From Planctomycetota bacterium (GTDB lineage: Bacteria; Planctomycetota; UBA8108; SXIK01), in contig CBDCXR010000004.1 of the NCBI GenBank assembly GCA_965223845.1, positions 1,568,001 to 1,632,000 on the forward strand: a DNA stretch of 64,000 nt, written 5' to 3'. The notes under the pieces were generated by a model. It did not search any database, was not told the DNA's origin, and was given only the letters and a program-made list of their open reading frames with translations. Below, in pieces: positions 1-9,600 of this stretch (position 1 is its first letter; the number at the start of each line of letters is the position of its first letter). A program made the position numbers and the translations under genes.

Positions 1-1
1 G

Positions 2-712
2 CCTTTCCGTCCCGCCGGACTCTCGGTCGAGGCCGACGCCGAAGCGGCGATCTCCGGTCGCCCCGCCGACACCGCGACGGCCGTTGGACTGGGACTCACT
101 CACTTGCGTCAGGCCGCAGGTGCCGAGGGGATCGAGGCGATCTCGATTCTTCCGGGCGAGTACGTTGAGAAGCGGACGTTCCGCGAGCGTACGGTGTTTC
201 TCTACGCAGCGGGAGCGATCCTCGTCTTGGTTCTCCTCGCCCGCCTTCTGCTCGGGGTCGTGCGGACGAGTGAGGCGAACTCCGTGTTCGCTCACAACCA
301 GTCCACGCTCACGGAGCTCCAGAGCATGCAGGCGGAGTACGCGGCGAACCGAACCGCCGAAGAAGCGTCTCGCAGTCGAATGAATCGTCTCCTAGCGGAG
401 GCCGAGCAATCTGCGTTTCAGGCGCTCCTCCTCGATTTTTTCGGGGCGCGGCTCCGACCGGAGCTGCAGCTCCAGCGCGCGTGGCTGGAGCCCGAGGAGT
501 CCTCGGAAGGGCAGATCGACTACGTCTTTCACGTCGAAGGTCGGGCGAACAACGAAAAGCGGCGCGCGTCGAGCTGGATCCGCGAGATGTTGAGCGACCT
601 CGAGAGCGAGGAGACCGTTCGCTCGGCCGCGCTCATCGAATCGGCGCCTGAGAAGGGTGGCAGCTGGTACAACTTCTCGGTCGCGATCCGACCGAACTAC
701 ATCCAGTACTGA
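2..712 (+). CDS. PilM-PilN fusion-like type IV pilus/T2SS assembly protein (5'-truncated by window edge)
   Basis: Frame is open from base 2. ...DTATAVGLGL resembles the PilM C-terminal AVAxGLAL, followed by ISILP (PilN INLLP-like), a TM helix, a coiled coil and a ferredoxin-like tail (FHVEGRA...YNFSVAIR). Confidence 0.7.
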   Translation, partial: PFRPAGLSVEADAEAAISGRPADTATAVGLGLTHLRQAAGAEGIEAISILPGEYVEKRTFRERTVFLYAAGAILVLVLLARLLLGVVRTSEANSVFAHNQSTLTELQSMQAEYAANRTAEEASRSRMNRLLAEAEQSAFQALLLDFFGARLRPELQLQRAWLEPEESSEGQIDYVFHVEGRANNEKRRASSWIREMLSDLESEETVRSAALIESAPEKGGSWYNFSVAIRPNYIQY

Positions 713-714
713 CG

Positions 715-1533
715 ATGAACGAGAGCAAGATCAAGAGGATCTGGGAGGAGAACAAGCGCTTCTTCCTCGTCGCAGGCGCAGGTCTGGCGGTGTTTCTCGG
801 ATTGAACGCGTGGATCTCTTCCTACCTCGCGGGCGCGGACGCCACGCTGCGAAAGGCGAGCGAGCTCGCCGAGCAGAGCCGAAAGCTCAAGCAAGAGCTA
901 AAGGGCGGTTACTGGGAGGTGCGCGGGCGCATCGACGACTACGCCGAGCTGGAGAAGCGTCTCCTTGGGGATCTCGCGGTGGCGCCGCTTTCCGAGGCGA
1001 GTCGACTCGACCAGAACGCGCTTCTCGTCGAGTTCAACGAGTCCATCGAAAAGGTCTGGGAAGACGCGCTCAAGATCGCGAATCGCCAAGGGGTCGAGCT
1101 GCCCGAGCGATTGAGCCCGGACGATTTTGGCTACGAGCCGTCGGACGACCTCACGGCGTTTCAACGGTACTACAAATACCTCGCGATCATTCGTCGGGCG
1201 ATGAATGCGATCCTCGAAGCGGACGTGCGTGAGCTCGGTCAGCCGGAGCTCATCGCCGAAGACGTTCATGCCATCGAAAATAATCCGGAGCGAGGTCTTC
1301 TTCTCCGTGTCGTTCGCTTCAGCACGCTCGCGTCGTACGACACGTACGTACGGCTCCTCAAGTCTGTGCAAACGCCGGGAGATTTTCTTCAGGTGCAGAT
1401 CCTGAGTCTCGCCGTCCCCAAGGGGGGAGACGGCAGCCTCCTTCGCGCCGACATGATCTTCGGCACCTGTGAGCTGACGACTGTCGAGCCGCGCGCGAGG
1501 GCCGGTACGCGCGTTCAATTCACTGGCGACTGA
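715..1533 (+). CDS. PilO/GspM-like inner-membrane platform protein
   Basis: N-terminal TM helix, coiled coil, C-terminal FSTLASYDTYVRLLKSV..FLQVQILSL resembling PilO; starts 2 bp after the PilN-like gene. Confidence 0.6.
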   Translation: MNESKIKRIWEENKRFFLVAGAGLAVFLGLNAWISSYLAGADATLRKASELAEQSRKLKQELKGGYWEVRGRIDDYAELEKRLLGDLAVAPLSEASRLDQNALLVEFNESIEKVWEDALKIANRQGVELPERLSPDDFGYEPSDDLTAFQRYYKYLAIIRRAMNAILEADVRELGQPELIAEDVHAIENNPERGLLLRVVRFSTLASYDTYVRLLKSVQTPGDFLQVQILSLAVPKGGDGSLLRADMIFGTCELTTVEPRARAGTRVQFTGD

Positions 1534-1551
1534 GGTCGCGGAATCCTTCCC

Positions 1552-1923
1552 ATGAAGCTCAATCGTGAAGTTTGCGCCCTGATCCTAGCGCTCGCGATTC
1601 TGGCGATCGGCCTCCGCGAGATCGTCCCGGGGTTCTTCGCCCCGGCCGGGTCTGTGCAGCTCGTCGACGCGTCGATCCCGAAGGCACGGCGCGACGTCGT
1701 CCCGCGATCGATCCGTTCGCACGTCCGGGACGTCGAGCTCGCTCGCGATCCCTTCACGTTCAGCGAGGGGTGGCAGCGACTCGACGCCTTGCCACTCGAC
1801 CCGCCTCCCCTCCCGCCGGCGCCGCGTCCCTTGCCGCTCTTTTACGGTGCCGAGCGCGCGAGTGAGCGTCACGTCGAGTTCGCCGAACGTCGGATGATTC
1901 CGAAGCGGAAGGAGACCCCGTGA
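1552..1923 (+). CDS. Small membrane-anchored Pro-rich protein (PilP-position; RDPF motif)
   Basis: N-terminal hydrophobic helix, RDPF motif reminiscent of PilP/GspC linkers; stop overlaps next start (GTGA). Confidence 0.5.
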   Translation: MKLNREVCALILALAILAIGLREIVPGFFAPAGSVQLVDASIPKARRDVVPRSIRSHVRDVELARDPFTFSEGWQRLDALPLDPPPLPPAPRPLPLFYGAERASERHVEFAERRMIPKRKETP

Positions 1924-4385
1924 AGCTTCGAAGCGGCCGAGTTTGGTTGGGCGTCTGCGGACTCGTGACCGTTACCGGTCTCGCGCCGTTCCTCCGCGCG
2001 GACGTCGACGACGAGATTCGCCTGTTCGACACGCTCTTTCTCTCCGGTGGTCGCAAGATCGAGGGCACGATTCTGAGCGCCGGGGATCTCGAGACGGCAG
2101 AGAAGATTCTCGTCCAGACACGCTCGGGGCGCGGGCAGTTCGAGCTGGCGACGAAAGACATCGAGCGCATCGTCCGCCGCCGTACGGTGGAAGAGGTCTA
2201 CAAATCGAAGCAGGAGCGCGTTGCCGCCATCGGCGACGAGAGCGAGCGGGCGAACGCCTACGCCGAGCTCGCGCGTTGGTGCAGGGCACCGCGCATCGAG
2301 CTGGATGGTCAGCCGCCTCGGGCGGAGAAGGCGCTCGAGCATTTTCTCGCGGCGCTCGAGATCGATCCGACGCAGCGAGATCTCTACGCCTTCGTACTCG
2401 ACGAGCTTTCCGCCACGGGGAGCCTCGACGAAGCGAGCGCCGAGCGCATCGAAACTGAGTTGCTCGTGGCGGAGCTTGCGCAGCGCGGAGGACTCGATCT
2501 TCCGGAAGTCGTCTTTCGCCGCGGGTACATCATCGCGACTCACGGGCAATCCAAGAACAAAGCCGTCGCCGACTTCCGGCGAGTTCTCGCGAGCGACTAC
2601 GACAATCGCGCCCACCGCCGGACGGCCCGGAAGCTCCTCAGCGAGGCGCTCGTCGAAGCGGGAGATCGAGCTGGAGCGCGGCGGGTGTTCGAAGAGATCC
2701 TCGTCGAGCCGGCGACGGACCCGAGCAACTTCGAGGCGCTCTACGAGCTCGGGCGACTCAGTGCCGGTGACGCCGACCCCGCCGTGAGAGGGCGGGCGAA
2801 AGCTCTTCTCGAGCAGGCGCGCGCGATCCAGCCCGAGTTCGCGCCGATCTACGAGCTCCTCGGCGCGCTCGAGTTTGAATCCGGGAACCACCGCGACGCG
2901 ATGAAGCACCTCAAGGAGGCGATCGCAAAGGATCCGAGCCGCATCGGACCGCAGGTCAACCTCGCCGTCGTTCAAGCGGCCGGCGGCCTCCGATCGACGG
3001 CGACGAAATCGCTCGCGATGATCCTCGGGCAGTCGGCGGGAGCGGATCGCGCTGCGGCGCACGCCGCGCTCGGACGCATCAAGGAAGACGCCGGTGACCT
3101 CGCCGGTGCGATCACCGAGTATCGCGCGGCGGTCGCAGCCGATGAGTCGTTCGTCGACGCGCAGCTCGCACTCGGCGCGGCGCTCGCGCGTGCGGGTGAA
3201 GCCGACGAAGCTCGCCTTGTCGCGAGCGCACTTCTCACGGCGAACCGAGACGATCCCGGAGTCTTCGTCGCGGGAACTCGGATTCTTGCCGAAGCCGAGC
3301 TCGCGGCCGGACAGATCAGCACTGCCACGGCGCATCTCGAGCGTGCGCTCGCGCTCCGACCCGAGGACGCGCATTTGCGCGAGCGTCTCGGTCTCGTTCT
3401 CATCCGGCAGGGGAATCTGGACGAAGCCTACCGTCACCTCGGCGCGCTCGGTTCACTCGAGGAGCGTCCGTCTGCGCAGGCCGCACTCGGGTACTACCAC
3501 TACTCGCGGGGTGAGCTGGCGGAGGCGGCGATCCAGTTCAAGCTCGTCGAGAAGCTGACCCGCGCACAGAAAGCGAGCGACAAAAAAGACCGCGCGCGGA
3601 TGGCGCTGTTCGCGTACGCCCAGGCGAGTCTAGCGCAGCTGCGCGATCTCGCGGAGCTCGAGATTTGGCGGGCGGAGTTCGCGGGCGATGACGCACCGCG
3701 GGTGGATGGATGGACGGAAGTCGAGCGCTTCGGCATCGCGATTTCGCGCGCTGGCGGGCGGATGCTCTTCGCGGGAACTCAACGCGAAGAGGCGGACGGC
3801 GTCACGCTCGCCCAGCTCGATCGCACCGCCGAAAGCGCGTCATTTGATCGCGTGTCGATGCGCGGCGCGGTTCACAGCGGGCGCGTTCGCTTCGGTCTTC
3901 GGATGGAAGGCGAGACGCAGCGCGGTGCCTCGACGGGGATTCTCGTCCACCGCGACTTCGACGGAACCGTGCGGATTCTCGTGAAGGGCACGCGAGGGTC
4001 GTGGAAACCTCTCGAGCCGACCGAGCCGGAAGAGGAAGACGGCAAGGACGAAAGTAGCACGCGCCGGCGCACATCCCGCCGCGCTCTCGTCTACCCGGGG
4101 ACCGTTTCCTGGCCGAACGACTCCGCCTCCCGCCGGCTCGAGATTCGCCGGAGTCCGGAGCCGAAGCTCGGAACTTCCTCACGCGCGACCAAGGACACAT
4201 TCGACGTCGTGCTCGACGGTGAGAACGTCGCGAGCTTCGTTCCCGTGAGCGGCCTCTCACGCGCGAAGCTCCGATTCTCGATCTCGGCGCAGACCGACGC
4301 GGAGGGGAACGAATTCTCCGTTTCCGTCGACGAATTCCATCTCTACCGAAAGCAGCCACGGGCAAAGCGGCGTTCGCGCTATTAG
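1920..4385 (+). CDS. Exported TPR-repeat protein with C-terminal beta-sandwich domain
   Basis: RBS AAGGAG then GTG; signal peptide; DTLFLSGGRKIEGTI N-domain; many TPR-like helices (ALYELG, AHAALG, AQLALG, AQAALGYYHY). Confidence 0.75.
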   Translation: MKLRSGRVWLGVCGLVTVTGLAPFLRADVDDEIRLFDTLFLSGGRKIEGTILSAGDLETAEKILVQTRSGRGQFELATKDIERIVRRRTVEEVYKSKQERVAAIGDESERANAYAELARWCRAPRIELDGQPPRAEKALEHFLAALEIDPTQRDLYAFVLDELSATGSLDEASAERIETELLVAELAQRGGLDLPEVVFRRGYIIATHGQSKNKAVADFRRVLASDYDNRAHRRTARKLLSEALVEAGDRAGARRVFEEILVEPATDPSNFEALYELGRLSAGDADPAVRGRAKALLEQARAIQPEFAPIYELLGALEFESGNHRDAMKHLKEAIAKDPSRIGPQVNLAVVQAAGGLRSTATKSLAMILGQSAGADRAAAHAALGRIKEDAGDLAGAITEYRAAVAADESFVDAQLALGAALARAGEADEARLVASALLTANRDDPGVFVAGTRILAEAELAAGQISTATAHLERALALRPEDAHLRERLGLVLIRQGNLDEAYRHLGALGSLEERPSAQAALGYYHYSRGELAEAAIQFKLVEKLTRAQKASDKKDRARMALFAYAQASLAQLRDLAELEIWRAEFAGDDAPRVDGWTEVERFGIAISRAGGRMLFAGTQREEADGVTLAQLDRTAESASFDRVSMRGAVHSGRVRFGLRMEGETQRGASTGILVHRDFDGTVRILVKGTRGSWKPLEPTEPEEEDGKDESSTRRRTSRRALVYPGTVSWPNDSASRRLEIRRSPEPKLGTSSRATKDTFDVVLDGENVASFVPVSGLSRAKLRFSISAQTDAEGNEFSVSVDEFHLYRKQPRAKRRSRY

Positions 4386-4437
4386 AACGAAGGGATACGG
4401 GGAGGCTGTCCGAACCTGAGCGAGGCGCTGAGCTTCG

Positions 4438-5175
4438 ATGATGAGAACAACTGCTCTGTTTGCCGTTCGACATCAAGACGAGATCCCGCGGGTGGAAGCG
4501 GGATCGATCGCGCGACGGAGGCGTCGTGGAGATCGGTCTCGACGAGTGGCGGGTTTCACTTTGATCGAGATGCTAGTCGTCATCAGCATCATCTCGATCC
4601 TCATGGGGGTCGCGCTCGTGGGAATCAACTCCGCGCGGGAGGCCGGTGACTCGAGCGCCGTCGAGACCGACCTACAGTTCCTTCGCTCCGCGATCGAGAA
4701 ATTCAGCGTTGCGATGGGTGACTATCCGCCGACACGGCTGAGCGATCTCGATCCCAAGCTGAAGGGAAATCCCCTCAACGAAGGCAACGAGAGCCTCTTC
4801 GCGTGCCTCTTGTCGCGACGCGGCGGCGGTCCGCACGCCGAGCTCGCAGAGGACCGTTGGGAGAATCTCGACGGTGACTCGCTCACGACGGAACAGCTCG
4901 GCATCGTCAAGAAGGAGCTCGACTGGATTCGCGGGAACGGCAATCTACTCGAGTACTGCGATCTCTGGGGACAACCCTATATCTACTTTCACCACCGCGA
5001 CTACGGCACGGCTCGGCGCGTGCGTCTTGCGGACGGTTCGGAGGTCGAGGTCGCCGCGCAGAAGAATGCGCAGACAGGAACATATTTCGCACCGACGACG
5101 TTTCAGCTTTGGTCGATCGGACCGAACGGAATCAACGAAAACGGCGGAGGCGACGATCTCGTCTCGTGGCGATGA
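4438..5175 (+). CDS. Major pseudopilin GspG-like prepilin
   Basis: G|FTLIEMLVVISIISILMGV N-methylation motif; AIEKF...GDYPP; DLWGQPYIY; FQLWSIGPNG...DDL, all GspG C-terminal hallmarks. Confidence 0.85.
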   Translation: MMRTTALFAVRHQDEIPRVEAGSIARRRRRGDRSRRVAGFTLIEMLVVISIISILMGVALVGINSAREAGDSSAVETDLQFLRSAIEKFSVAMGDYPPTRLSDLDPKLKGNPLNEGNESLFACLLSRRGGGPHAELAEDRWENLDGDSLTTEQLGIVKKELDWIRGNGNLLEYCDLWGQPYIYFHHRDYGTARRVRLADGSEVEVAAQKNAQTGTYFAPTTFQLWSIGPNGINENGGGDDLVSWR

Positions 5176-5302
5176 CGGCCTCCCCAGCGGGCGTCGTCTA
5201 CTCGCCGTGCGTCGGAAGTCGGATCGCACCGCAATTCCCCGAGGGAGGGCGAGCCTCCGGCACGCTGACGAACAACCCGATGGGAGCGGGAGCGAGGATG
5301 GA

Positions 5303-6685
5303 ATGAGGCGGATCGACATCCGGACGCGAGCTCGGTCGAACCCCGAAGGGGGAACGCGCCACCGCCGCCATCGTGCGCGAGCGTTCGGCGCGGCGGCGGC
5401 GCTTCGACGACGATCCGTCGGATTCACGCTCGCCGAGCTCCTCACGGTCATCGGCATCGTCGCGATCATCGGCACCCTCGGAACGGGAGCGTTCCACGTT
5501 GCTCGCCGGAGCTACGCGCTCAACGCGACGGCAGGAGAGCTGCAGGCCGTATTGCGAGCGGCGCGAAACTCCGCGCTTCATGCGGGCAGCCCGGCGTTCG
5601 TCGTCGTAGACCCGGTCGAGAGAAGCGCGCGCGCCTACGTGTACGACCCGGTCGGTGAGTGGAGCTTCGACGAAACTCCGAACTCGTTCTCGGTTCGGCG
5701 CGAGAAGGAAGTTCGGACGAGCGCCGTATCGGGAAAGGTCGGACGGGGTCGATCGTTCGCGGGCGGTGGCCATATCGATTGCGGGAACTTACCGCAGTTT
5801 CAGCTTCGTGACTCGATTCTCATCGAGGCGTGGATCCGCCACCGCGAGTTCCGAACGATTCCCCCCGACCGCCGGGTGAAGGATCGACGCCGCCGCCTCG
5901 AGAGGCGACGAACGCCGGCGCGCGCGGCGCCCGACGCGTCCTTCGCGATCGTCGAGAAGGCCGGTGCCTACTCGCTTGCGCTTTCGAAGAAAGGGCGATT
6001 GCGCGGCTCGATCGGAAACTACACGGTCGAGACGACGGACGCCGTCGTTCCTCCCGGTCGCTGGATCTTCGTGAGCCTTAGGTACGACGGCGAGGAGATC
6101 GACCTTCGCTCCGAGGGCGTTCCGCGCCGTACGCGGCCGTTCGCGGGAGCTGCCGGACTAACGGGCCTCGGATCGATCGCCGGTGCGCGCTCCGAAGCGT
6201 CGAGCTCAACGCAGCCGGCTCGCGCGAGTGCGAAGTCGAAAGTCCCCAGCTTCGCCCCCGTCACGAGCGCTCCGCTGACGATTTCTTCGGCCACCTCTCC
6301 GTTCAACGGCGAAATCGACGAAGTGCGCGTGGCTGGATCTGTCGAGCCGGTCGAGTTCACGTGGTCGGATGGCGAGCTCATCCTCGGGTGGAAGAAGGTG
6401 ATTCGGTTCGATCGGCGCGGCCACCTCGACGGGCGGAGTCACGACGGCGAGGTGCGGCTTGTTCTCGTCGAGCTGCCCGACTTCGCATCACGCGGCACAA
6501 GCACGTCGGTGGTCGACTTCGGGGGAACGTTCGACGATTGGCGCGCACGATGGAAGGAGCCGCCGCCGGACCTCACCGAAGAAAACGAGGAGAGGAAGTT
6601 GCTCGCGGTGTACGCGAGCGCGCGGAAGATCGCGATCTCGATCGGACGGCTGGGCACGATTCGCTGGGAGGAGCTCGAGCCATGA
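5303..6685 (+). CDS. GspH/FimU-like minor pseudopilin with LamG (concanavalin A-like) domain, 460 aa
   Basis: G|FTLAELLTVIGIV; LRAARNSA; WSFDE, IEAWIR, WIFVSLRYDG and FNGEIDEVRV are LamG motifs; IRFDRRG. Confidence 0.8.
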   Translation: MRRIDIRTRARSNPEGGTRHRRHRARAFGAAAALRRRSVGFTLAELLTVIGIVAIIGTLGTGAFHVARRSYALNATAGELQAVLRAARNSALHAGSPAFVVVDPVERSARAYVYDPVGEWSFDETPNSFSVRREKEVRTSAVSGKVGRGRSFAGGGHIDCGNLPQFQLRDSILIEAWIRHREFRTIPPDRRVKDRRRRLERRRTPARAAPDASFAIVEKAGAYSLALSKKGRLRGSIGNYTVETTDAVVPPGRWIFVSLRYDGEEIDLRSEGVPRRTRPFAGAAGLTGLGSIAGARSEASSSTQPARASAKSKVPSFAPVTSAPLTISSATSPFNGEIDEVRVAGSVEPVEFTWSDGELILGWKKVIRFDRRGHLDGRSHDGEVRLVLVELPDFASRGTSTSVVDFGGTFDDWRARWKEPPPDLTEENEERKLLAVYASARKIAISIGRLGTIRWEELEP

Positions 6686-9600
6686 ACCGTGCGTGCTGCG
6701 AGGAACGACAAGTCTCGCCGGCGGAACGAGAGAGCTTCGACGCGCGCGGCGTAGCGCTCATCATGGTCCTTCTCGTCCTCACGACACTCGCCTTGCTCGG
6801 CGTTCCCTTCGTCGTTTCGATGACCCTTCAAGACCGTGAGAGCCATCACTTCGCGGGACGAGTGAGCGCGCGGCTCGCGGCCGAGGCGGCGAGGAATCAC
6901 GCGATCGCAAAGCTGCAGAACACTGTCTACTCGGTGGAATGGGAGCGAGAAGCGAACGCGCTCGAGCCCGAGCGCCCGAAGGGCAGTCGAAAGCGCGGCA
7001 CGACGGTCGGCCGGCGCCGGTTCGGAGCGGAGTCGAAGCTCGGCTCGCTCGATCGAGTGCGGAGAAACGTCGTCCGCGGCGATCTCGGGGAAACGAAGCG
7101 CCGGCTGAGCGACGGCCTCCGCCGCGCCGCGAGACTGCGGGGCGACGACGAGACCAACGAGAACCCGAACGCGCTCCCCGAATACATGCGGCTCTCCGAG
7201 AAGGGGCCGTCGGAGCGCGAGGTCGACTCGTCATCGGAGATCGAAACCGAACTGCCGGAGAAGATCCCGCTCCCGGCGCGAGCCGAGAGCACCAAGGGAC
7301 CTGCGGCAAAAAAACCTGCGAGTACTCGCACGACCGTCGGCCCGAGTCCGGCGGCGACCGTTAGCCTGCGCGGAGGCGTGTACGCCGACGCACGCGTGAC
7401 GGACGAACAAGGGAAGATCAATGTCAACACGGCGCCGCCGCCGGTCATCGCCGGCGTACTCGGCGTCTCGGAGCTCGCGTACGAGCTCGGGCCGGAGGAG
7501 ACCCGCCTTTCGCTCGTCGACGCGAGTGAGTTCCGCGGCGACCACGACGCCAAATCGATCGACGGAGCCGTCGTCCTCTGGGATCCAGGGGGCGGTGGGA
7601 TGGAGGTCGTGACCTATCGGCGAAAGATCGGTACGCGACTCGAGGATTGCTTCCGCGGTGCGTTTTTCTCGCTTCCCTTCCGCCGGGGTCGGTTCCGTGA
7701 AGGCACGATGGTGTTCGACCTTCGCGGCTGGAAGATCGCGTACCACCGTCTCTGGGCGCGACGGGAGGGAGGCTTCCATCCGGGTGACCTCACGCGGTTT
7801 CGGACGCTCGAGGAGCTGCGCGACATCGCGAACTGGCAGGTCGCGTCGCTCTTCTTGGGTCGTTTCAGCGGTCGCGGTCTCACCGCCGCGTTTCTTCGCG
7901 AGAACGGCATCAACGTCAAGAAGGTGAGTGAGCTCGGACTCGACCCCTTTCTCTTCGTCGACGAGGTCGAGACGGACGATCGAGAACGCAAGGCACGGCT
8001 TCGGACGGCGGAGCGAGAGCTCAGGCGGCTTCGATTCTCGGCGAATCTGGTGAAGCGACTGAAGAAAGCTCGCGGCGGCGACGTCGTCGTCGAGCTCGCG
8101 GCGCGACTGACCGGCGCGACAAGTGAAGACGTGAAGACGCTCGAGAAGGCCGTTGAACAATCACTTGCCGGCGGGAAACGCCAAGTGCCGAAATTTCCGC
8201 GCGGCTACGTCCGACGCTGCCTCGAAGATCTCGCCGCCGCATACAACACCGAGGGCATCGAAACGCTCCTTCCCGGCGACGTCGAGCGGCTCCGTCCGTA
8301 CCTCACTTGCCACTCGTGGGTACCGGTCACGTGGTCCGAGGGACAAGCCCTCCTCAGTGACCTCGTCGCCGGCGGAGACCAGGACGCACGCCTTCCGCGT
8401 GCGAGCGAATTCAACGCCGGAACGATCGTTCGCATTCGCAGCCGGAAGGATCCGACTTACCTCGAGTTCAATGAAGTGAGCTCGAGTGGGCCGAATGGCA
8501 TCACCCTCGCGTTTCCGGTTCGTCGCACGCTGCGGGCGTACGACGCGTATCTGCAGGCGCTTCAGCGCCACCCGGTGAACGTAAACACGGCTTCTCGGCG
8601 CGTCCTTCGGGCTGCGCTCGCGGGGTTGAAAGGAGAAGACAAGAAGGCCCGCGTCACGCTCTACGAAGCCGACGGAATCGCCGGACGGATCGTCGGCGCG
8701 CGGCCGCTCGACGGTTTCGCCGCCCTCTATCGGCTTTTCGACGAGGCCGGGGAGAACGACGACGCGCTCGACGACGAGGATGTCAAAGTCCTCCTCACGA
8801 ACGCAGTCCAGCCAACGCACGCTTCGCTCCGGGCGTCCTCGATCGGGTTCACGTTTCGAACGGGGGACGTCTACTCGATCGACTCCCGGGCCGTGGTCCG
8901 CGCGCCGAGCGGACGATCGGTGGCTCAGGTTCAGTTCCGAGATCTGTGGGAGGCGTCCGCACCCGGCACTCGCTCGATCGGGCTCCTCACGCAGAGGGAT
9001 TTCAGCGAAGGAAGCTACCTCGTCGACCCGCTCCTCGGCGGGCGATTTCCCGATTTTCATCACCGGTTCCTCCTCGCGTTCAGCGGAACGAGAGGGCGGT
9101 GGCTCGATTCGCGTCCGCTGGTTCTTCACCGGGCGCCGCGGCACTTTGCCGCCGGGGACTTGGGTAGCCTGCGGCTTCTTCACTCAGAGAGTGTGGAGGG
9201 ACCGCCCGGGTTCGTCATCGATCGGATCCAGCACTTCCGGGACACCTACGACGGCCTCGAGCTCGAGGCGGGCGAGCCGTACGCGATCGCGTTCGGCGCC
9301 GGTACGAGCGATCTTTCGACCGTTCCCGCGGGGATCGAGTTTTGGCTCCGCATGTCCACCTACCCGACCGAGCGCTCCGTCGACGGTCACATGGTGCTCT
9401 TCTCGACGGGGGACGATCCCGAGCGGAACCGCATCGCCCTCCTCTACGATCAACGTCGCGGCGCGTTTCTTCTTCGAGTCTACGACGCTTCGCTTCCCGA
9501 CCCGTCGATGCGGAGTGTCCGCGACGGAGGACCGTACCTGGAGATCTCCGCGTTCCGGCCACTCGAACTCGAGACGTGGTACCAGATCCGCGCGGTCTGG

